Under the pieces are notes generated by a model, which saw only the letters and a program-made list of their open reading frames with translations, did no database searches and was not told the DNA's origin. Shown piece after piece: positions 57,641-64,000 of a stretch of 64,000 nucleotides of DNA. The stretch comes from Cycas panzhihuaensis (Eukaryota; Plantae; Cycadophyta), in contig CM041465.1 of the NCBI GenBank assembly GCA_023213395.1, positions 55,683,741 to 55,747,740 on the forward strand, read 5' to 3'. A program made the position numbers and the translations under genes. How positions within the stretch are numbered: position 1 is the first letter of the stretch; each line of letters starts with the position of its first letter.

Positions 57641-59712
57641 AAACTAATATACATTATTTATAAGAAAGAATGGTTAGTAATAAATCTCTTTTTTTATTTT
57701 TATTTTTGTTTTTGATGATAAGGAAAGCTAAAAACATTATAATGTAGAAAAAAAAAGGAATATAAAAAAGATGTTTTAGACTACCACCATTCTAGGTCTC
57801 ACAAAATTAATGTGTATTGCTATAATTATAAAACACTAATAGAGCTAAGTTGATTCAATTAAATTACAAAACCATAAAATTATTGATAAAAAAAAAAGAA
57901 TTTGTCACTAGATAGATAGAATACAATTCTTAGAATTATAAAGAGAGGGAATTTTATAATTAAAGGCACATTTAGGCCTATTCAAAACTCTAAAGGATAA
58001 ATTATGCAAAAACTACATTAGCCCCAAATTGGTTACAAGGGTCTATTATGATAAATAATCTGATGTATGATAATATTACAACAAAAAAATTATAGAGAAA
58101 ATATAATTGCAACTAAGAATTAATACTAGATAGACCAAGCTATCGATCCATAAACCTTAACCTGAGAAGAAAGAAAAATGATATGAAGAAATTGGACCTA
58201 CAATTGATATTGGATAGACTAAGTAATCACTAGTGGAACCTCTGCTCAATTGATCCCTTATATTTTAGTCATATTTCTCCTATGTATCAGTTTGTCATTT
58301 GAAAATACTTTTCCCCAACCAAGAACCATAAAGTATCTTTTTCTTAAAAAACTAAATATCCATTAAATACTACATCATCAATTTGAAACTAGGGTATAAC
58401 TAACAAGTGTAATATTTAAAATAATAACCTATATTTTTTAATCATTTGTGGTGACTATTCAATTTTTTTCCTTCCATCTTTCAAGAGTGATACTTATTCT
58501 ATTTGGAATTGGGTTAGTGCCATTGATAGGTTGACTTTAGAAAATGACATGTTTTCTTTATCTCTTTTAGGGTTTTACTGTGCCAATTGCCTATTTGCTT
58601 AATAGTGTTATAAGTTAGGATGATGATTATAAAAATTAAAGTTTACCATGAATCCAAATGTTTGGTCTTGATTTAATAATGGGTTTTACTCTAATAATCT
58701 GCATTTTAAAGCTTCTAGGTCATTTATCATTGCTTTGCATCAAATCCTACTATAAAAATAATTAAAGATGATTGTCTAATGGTACTTCAATCCTAGCATA
58801 GTATTCTATCAAAGATCATCTCATATTTTACACTTACACAGGTGGATACCTTCTCATGAAATACATATTTATGAGATTACTAGTAAAATCCTTTGTAGAA
58901 AGACTTAATGCTTAAGCCTATTATTACTTTGTTATTTTCCTTATTTTATAACCTCAAAGTTTTGTAAACATCTATTTGAGTGTTTGCTTCTCTTTCATCC
59001 AATTATGAAGAGGAGAGAAATAAATAACTTTGAGCCCTCCATAGCTTCAAACTCTTTTATGTTTGATTATTTGTAAAAGAAACTTTAAGCATCCATAATG
59101 ATCAATGCTATAAGGATGAAACACATCTCCTTTTAGAAAAGGCAACTATATACTTTTTTATGCCACGACACTTAAAAGAGTAATATGAAATTTATAAATC
59201 TATCTTATCTAGGAGAGCTATCACCATTCCAAAAAGGTCTTATCAAGAATCTCCCTTGGCATCAAAATTATTTCTCACTGAATATTTTTGTAAATTAGTA
59301 AGAGTCCTTATATAAATAATCTTATCATGGAGAACTTGATTAATTATATAATTCACATCCTTATAAATAAAGTATGGATCAAAATACAACTTATTATTAG
59401 TAAATTATTGAAAAGTATTTGACATAATACATGTCTCATTAAAGCAAAATAGGTCTATGAGGCTAATAAGATTTTATGCATGATCAACACCTATATGTTT
59501 AAGTGCATATGTACTTTTCAACTTCCTCTCTATGTATATTATAATTAATTTTGTAGATCTACAATCCATTTAGTACATTAGGCATTGATTTTTCTTTATT
59601 TATGAATATGTGAGAGAAAACAAGATAAGGTCTTTGTATTTGCATGTTCAAAGTTGAATATTCATGTTTATATGTTTATTTCTAGATTTGTAAAACTACA
59701 AGCATTAAATAA

Positions 59713-59851
59713 GCCTTTGTATTATTCCTTGCATTTTGTGGTCATGAAGTTGGAAAACCCTCCATTTTATCGCCTTTGTATTATTCCTTGTATTTTTCAG
59801 TCATGAAGTTGGACAACCCTCCATCTCATTACCTTTGTAATGTTTCCTTGC
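59713..59851. repeat. 59-bp tandem repeat, ~2.3 copies
   Basis: Units start 59713, 59772, 59831. Confidence 0.9.
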
Positions 59852-60089
59852 AATGTCATAATTGAGTACACAAGTGTACACACTCATCTTTGTACTTATG
59901 TAAATATGGGAGCACATAACACTTAGTCCTTTTAACACCTCATGATTTTGGAAATGGGTAACTCAACAGTTATCTTACTTGATTAACTTGTAATATGGTA
60001 GAATATTACTTGTATAAACAATTTAGCTCCATCTAAGGTATAAGCTTTAAGAAGTCATATATTTTTCATCAGAAAATAATCAGCTTAAA

Positions 60090-63000
60090 GTACCCCTTTT
60101 GGGACTAATTCTTAAAAGTACTCTCCCCCTTTAGTAGAATTTCTTAACTATATACACTGGCTACCAATATATACATATATTTTCCTTTTACATCCTTTTA
60201 GTCAAGGAGAAAAAAGGGCACAATGACTAGCCTCTCTATTTTATTAACCACTAGTGGGTTGATAAAAAGTAACAACTAAATAAACCTATATGCTATTATA
60301 TACAATGATGAAAGAATGGACAATATTAAGAGAGAAAAAGGTTAAGATACTACCCATTCATTAGTATAGATAACACTCCTCTGTTGAGACTCTTTAGCTT
60401 AAATGTATTATTTCAAACCTTCTTAATAATTTCTAGAGGACCAAGCCACAAGGAATTAAATTTAGGGTATGCTCCCTTATTGTTGAGCTCAAAGCCCTTA
60501 GTATCATATAATCTATCAAAATAATGCTTGGCCTTAGCGTGATGCTCATGGAGTTTGTCATTTGTATTCTATCTTATCTCCTCTAAAGCTATTAAATCTC
60601 ATAGCCTTTTGGACATTGGTGAAATGCCCTTTTTAAATCTAGTCAGCTATAAATTACCAAAAGTAAGATGAGGTGGAAGAATAACCTCTTTTCCATAGAC
60701 TAACATATGAGGAGAACAACCAATAAACTATCTACTAGTTATTATATCTTCCCATAGTGTTTGAAATATCTTCACGTGCTAGTCTCTCTAATATTGTTTG
60801 ATTATTCTCTTAAAAATGCTAATCACATTTTTGTTTGTGGACATTGCTCTCCCATTACCATGAGGATAATAATTTAAAAATTTACTCTAAATTATGTTAA
60901 TTCTATGATAAAATCTTACCATTTGTTTAAATATAATTACTAATCTATGATATGAGACTAGTTATATAGGTACTCCAAATTTGGGCATCAAAATCTACTT
61001 TAAAAAATTAATTACCAACATTGTATTAGTCCTTTTAGAAGTAGCCTCAAACCACCTTTTAAAGTAAATTGTACTAGTCAATATGAAATTATGTCCCTTA
61101 TTAGAAGCTAGGTTAATTGGTATAATAAAATCTAAGGCCCACTTGTCAAAGGTCTAATATGAATATGCATGTTTAAGGGGTAGAGTAACTAGCTTATGCT
61201 TACTTATAAACCTCTAACAAGTATCATAACTCCTAGATCTATGAAATGCATATTTGAAAATTATAGGCCAAAAATAACTTACTCATATAATTTTATGAGT
61301 AGTAGCCTTAACAACAAAATGACAAAATTAGAATTAATCTAATACTTAGAAAACACATGTTAGGATCTTTATTCTCTATATCCAACAAACATACATTCAT
61401 CAAATATATAATGGATACATTCAAATGAATATAATATATTGAAGGAGGATTAGAAATTAGCTCAAATCTAAAATAATAACAAATGAAATTAGTTAATGAT
61501 TTATAGAAAAGTTTGGTAGTGTTTTAGCTCTCATTAAATATACAAACCTTATTTAGTTGATGAGTGTAGTCATGGCCTTAATTTATAGAGGGATCAATGT
61601 ATATCACATTACAAATAGTGAGTGTGGATTGGACATCAAATGTTAATATGTCATTAGACCTTGTATTACATGCATCTCATTGGAAAGTTTTAAGGCTAAA
61701 GTCAGGTGATGACCCTCAACTAGGAAGTACAATATTAAGTCATAACTTAAGTTGTAGTTATGCTTTTACACAAGAGTATATAAATGGGTCATTATATTTT
61801 AACATTCTCCCTTAATGACAACTTCATTAATCTTAATGCCAAGGTTGTGCTAAGACCTTTCAAACTTTGGTTTACCAAGTACTTTACTAAAGATATCTAC
61901 AACTTAGTTTTTAGTTAGTCTATATACAAGATTATTTTCTCTATCTTGCACATGTTTATAAATGAAATGATGATGGACCTTGATGTATTTTATTCTTGTA
62001 ATTGACATCTTTATTTTATAAAGTCAATGACAATTAATTGGCTCCTTTCCTAAAGGCAATTCAATGAGCTCCCAAGTATCATTTTTTAGGATGAAATTCA
62101 TCTCTTCATCTATAGTAGCTTGCCACATTTGGTCTTTGAGTGCCTCATTAAAGGTGGAAGGCTTAAGAACATTGAGAACTTATGCCATTAAAGAAAAGTT
62201 TATAGTATATCTATACTTTGAATGCCTTTTTGTATTATAAGAGGTGACAGTGCATCTTTTATAACTTGTAAATACCACTTAGAAAGTTTCTTAATATTTT
62301 TGACTTTATTATATTTTTAAGATAGATGTGGGAATGTAGATGTTATTATAGAAGTCTTAAATATATAGAAATTTATCTACTTGGCTTTTTGAAATTAATC
62401 TACATAGAACTTATCCCTTTGCTAACTTTGTTGGATTAACCTCCAAACTAAATTCCTAAAATTTGGACAACCATTTAACCCATCTATCCATCAATTTGGT
62501 TTAGTTCAACAACACTTTGATAAGGGACTGAGTTACATAGGCTATTATGTAATAATAAATGATCTAAGGCTTAAAATCTTCAACTACTTTTACTAGAGCA
62601 TAAGATTAGCTTTTTTGTGGGACTTTATTTCAACTAGTAGTCCTTTAAAGATTTACTCATAAAAGAGATAGGTCTTTCCCTACCTTCATTATTTTTCTAA
62701 ATCAACATGATAACATATGCACCTTTACAAACATAGGAATGCATAATAATTTTTTTCTTAAAATCTATATTTACTATGGTTGGAGCTTCAATAATGTAAT
62801 CCTTAATTTGATGGAATGCTACCTTGGCCATATTGGCCCATTTAAAATCCACTTTTTTTCCTCATTAAGGCATTAATAGGTAGAGTTATTCTTAGAATGT
62901 TAGGAATGAATTTCTTTAAAAAAATAATCCCTATAAAGAAAGATTGTACTCCCTTTTTATTAGTAGGTAGAGGAATTTCCTTGATGGCCTTCACTGTGTC

Positions 63001-63504
63001 TAGGTCAATGTAGGTTCCCTCCTTAGTCATAATATATCCAAGCAACTTACTGATAATTACTCTAAATATTATCTTTTTAGGATTAAGTGATATTAAAGAC
63101 TATCTACATCTTTGAAATATTGATCTTATATGCTCAATATAATCTACTTTATTCTTATAAAACATAATCATATAATCCAAATAAATAATAATTATTACTC
63201 TTATTATCCCTTTAAAGGCATGATTCATAGCTCTATGGAAGATAACACCTATATTCATCAACTTATATAGCATTTTCTTATAAGAAATTATTACCTAGAT
63301 AATAGTAAATTTTGTTTTATGCATATCCTCTTCTACTATAAAGATCTACTTATAGCTTGAGAAGACATTTAACAAAGACATGAACTTAGATCTAATAATA
63401 GTTTGTAGTATTTGTTTCATCCTAGTAATGGATAATTATCTTTAACAAAATATTTATTTAGATTTCTAAAATCTACATATAGCTCAAATATCTATATTTT
63501 TCTT
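60090..63504 (-). mobile_element. Element G: decayed non-chromovirus Gypsy pol (RT, RH, integrase), interrupted twice
   Basis: VDFRNLNK ~63470, EIPLPTNKKGVQSF, RWLSKF*EF ~62470, KWALDFIIPIN ~61130, YYPHGNG ~60860; purine tracts (rc) ~60091 and ~60122. Confidence 0.8.
61358..62330 (-). mobile_element. Truncated Copia (3' LTR, PPT, RH end, RT start) inside G
   Basis: LTR 61358-61804 (TGTTA...TAACA), PPT (rc) TTCTCCCTTAA from 61805, VVDIFSKVL, NDTWELIELP. Confidence 0.75.
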
Positions 63505-64000
63505 TGATGGAGCCGGAGGAGTAGAGCAGGACATCACGACGTTCTCATCTTGAGTACAACGACAATTTCCAATAGAATGGCAGTGTTAATAAACACCAGG
63601 GAGGTATTCCCAACCCTTAAATAGAGAATTCGGGGAGGCGTCGGGCGCCATCACCCTAGCTGCACAACAATTAAGGTTAGTTTAAAAAAATATTAAAATA
63701 AATAACGGTGATACGTACCTCAAATGAGTGGTCGGTCCGGGCAGCTATTGAACGGCTCAAGGTGCCCTAGGGGCCCTCAAAGGTGGCTTTGAGGGGCCCT
63801 AAGTGCTCTGGTGCACATACATTGGGATTATTCCCAACATTCTCCCCCATAAGCCCAATGTGTATGACTCCTAAATCATCTCTGAACTTTTCAAACTTGA
63901 TTTTTCCCAAGGCCTTTGTAAAAATATCCGTTGTTTGATCTTCGGTGCTACAATAAGTCAACTCTATCTCTTCTGCTTGTACAAGTTCCCGAATGAAGTG
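63505..64000 (-). mobile_element. Young Ty1/Copia 3' end (RNase H C-terminus, PPT, 3' LTR); continues beyond window
   Basis: Open frame ...TEDQTTDIFTKALGKIKFEKFRDDLGV; PPT (rc) ~63840-63849; LTR 63505-63839 TG...CA; CpG-rich. Confidence 0.9.

Noticed and set aside
57800-59600. Coding-like minus-strand remnant (DNA transposase?)
   Set aside because: No diagnostic motif could be assigned by eye

Overview
Eukaryotic, AT-rich land-plant genomic DNA; a gymnosperm-like source is only an impression. The one intact host gene is a 9-exon vacuolar processing enzyme / asparaginyl endopeptidase (legumain, peptidase C13) on the minus strand (CDS 13523->8973, 502 aa, catalytic His179/Cys221). A candidate spliced plus-strand non-coding transcript (~7.5-8.3 kb) converges on its 3' end. 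The rest is decayed transposons. The main structure is a 34-kb nest (19170-53235) resolved by LTR pairs, PBS/PPT and target-site duplications. Its host, chromovirus Gypsy element A, contains: a 14.5-kb long-LTR non-chromovirus Gypsy (B) carrying a tiny TRIM and a ~600-bp (AT)n expansion in one LTR; a gag-protease-only Gypsy (C); and a solo LTR (F) split by non-autonomous element E, itself split by full-length Copia D. Two separate non-autonomous LTR elements (60-3828 and E) appear to carry decayed PPR gene fragments. LINE and hAT remnants and a young CpG-rich Copia end occupy the right third. Most ORFs in the track are spurious. I found no convincing new multi-gene biological system.
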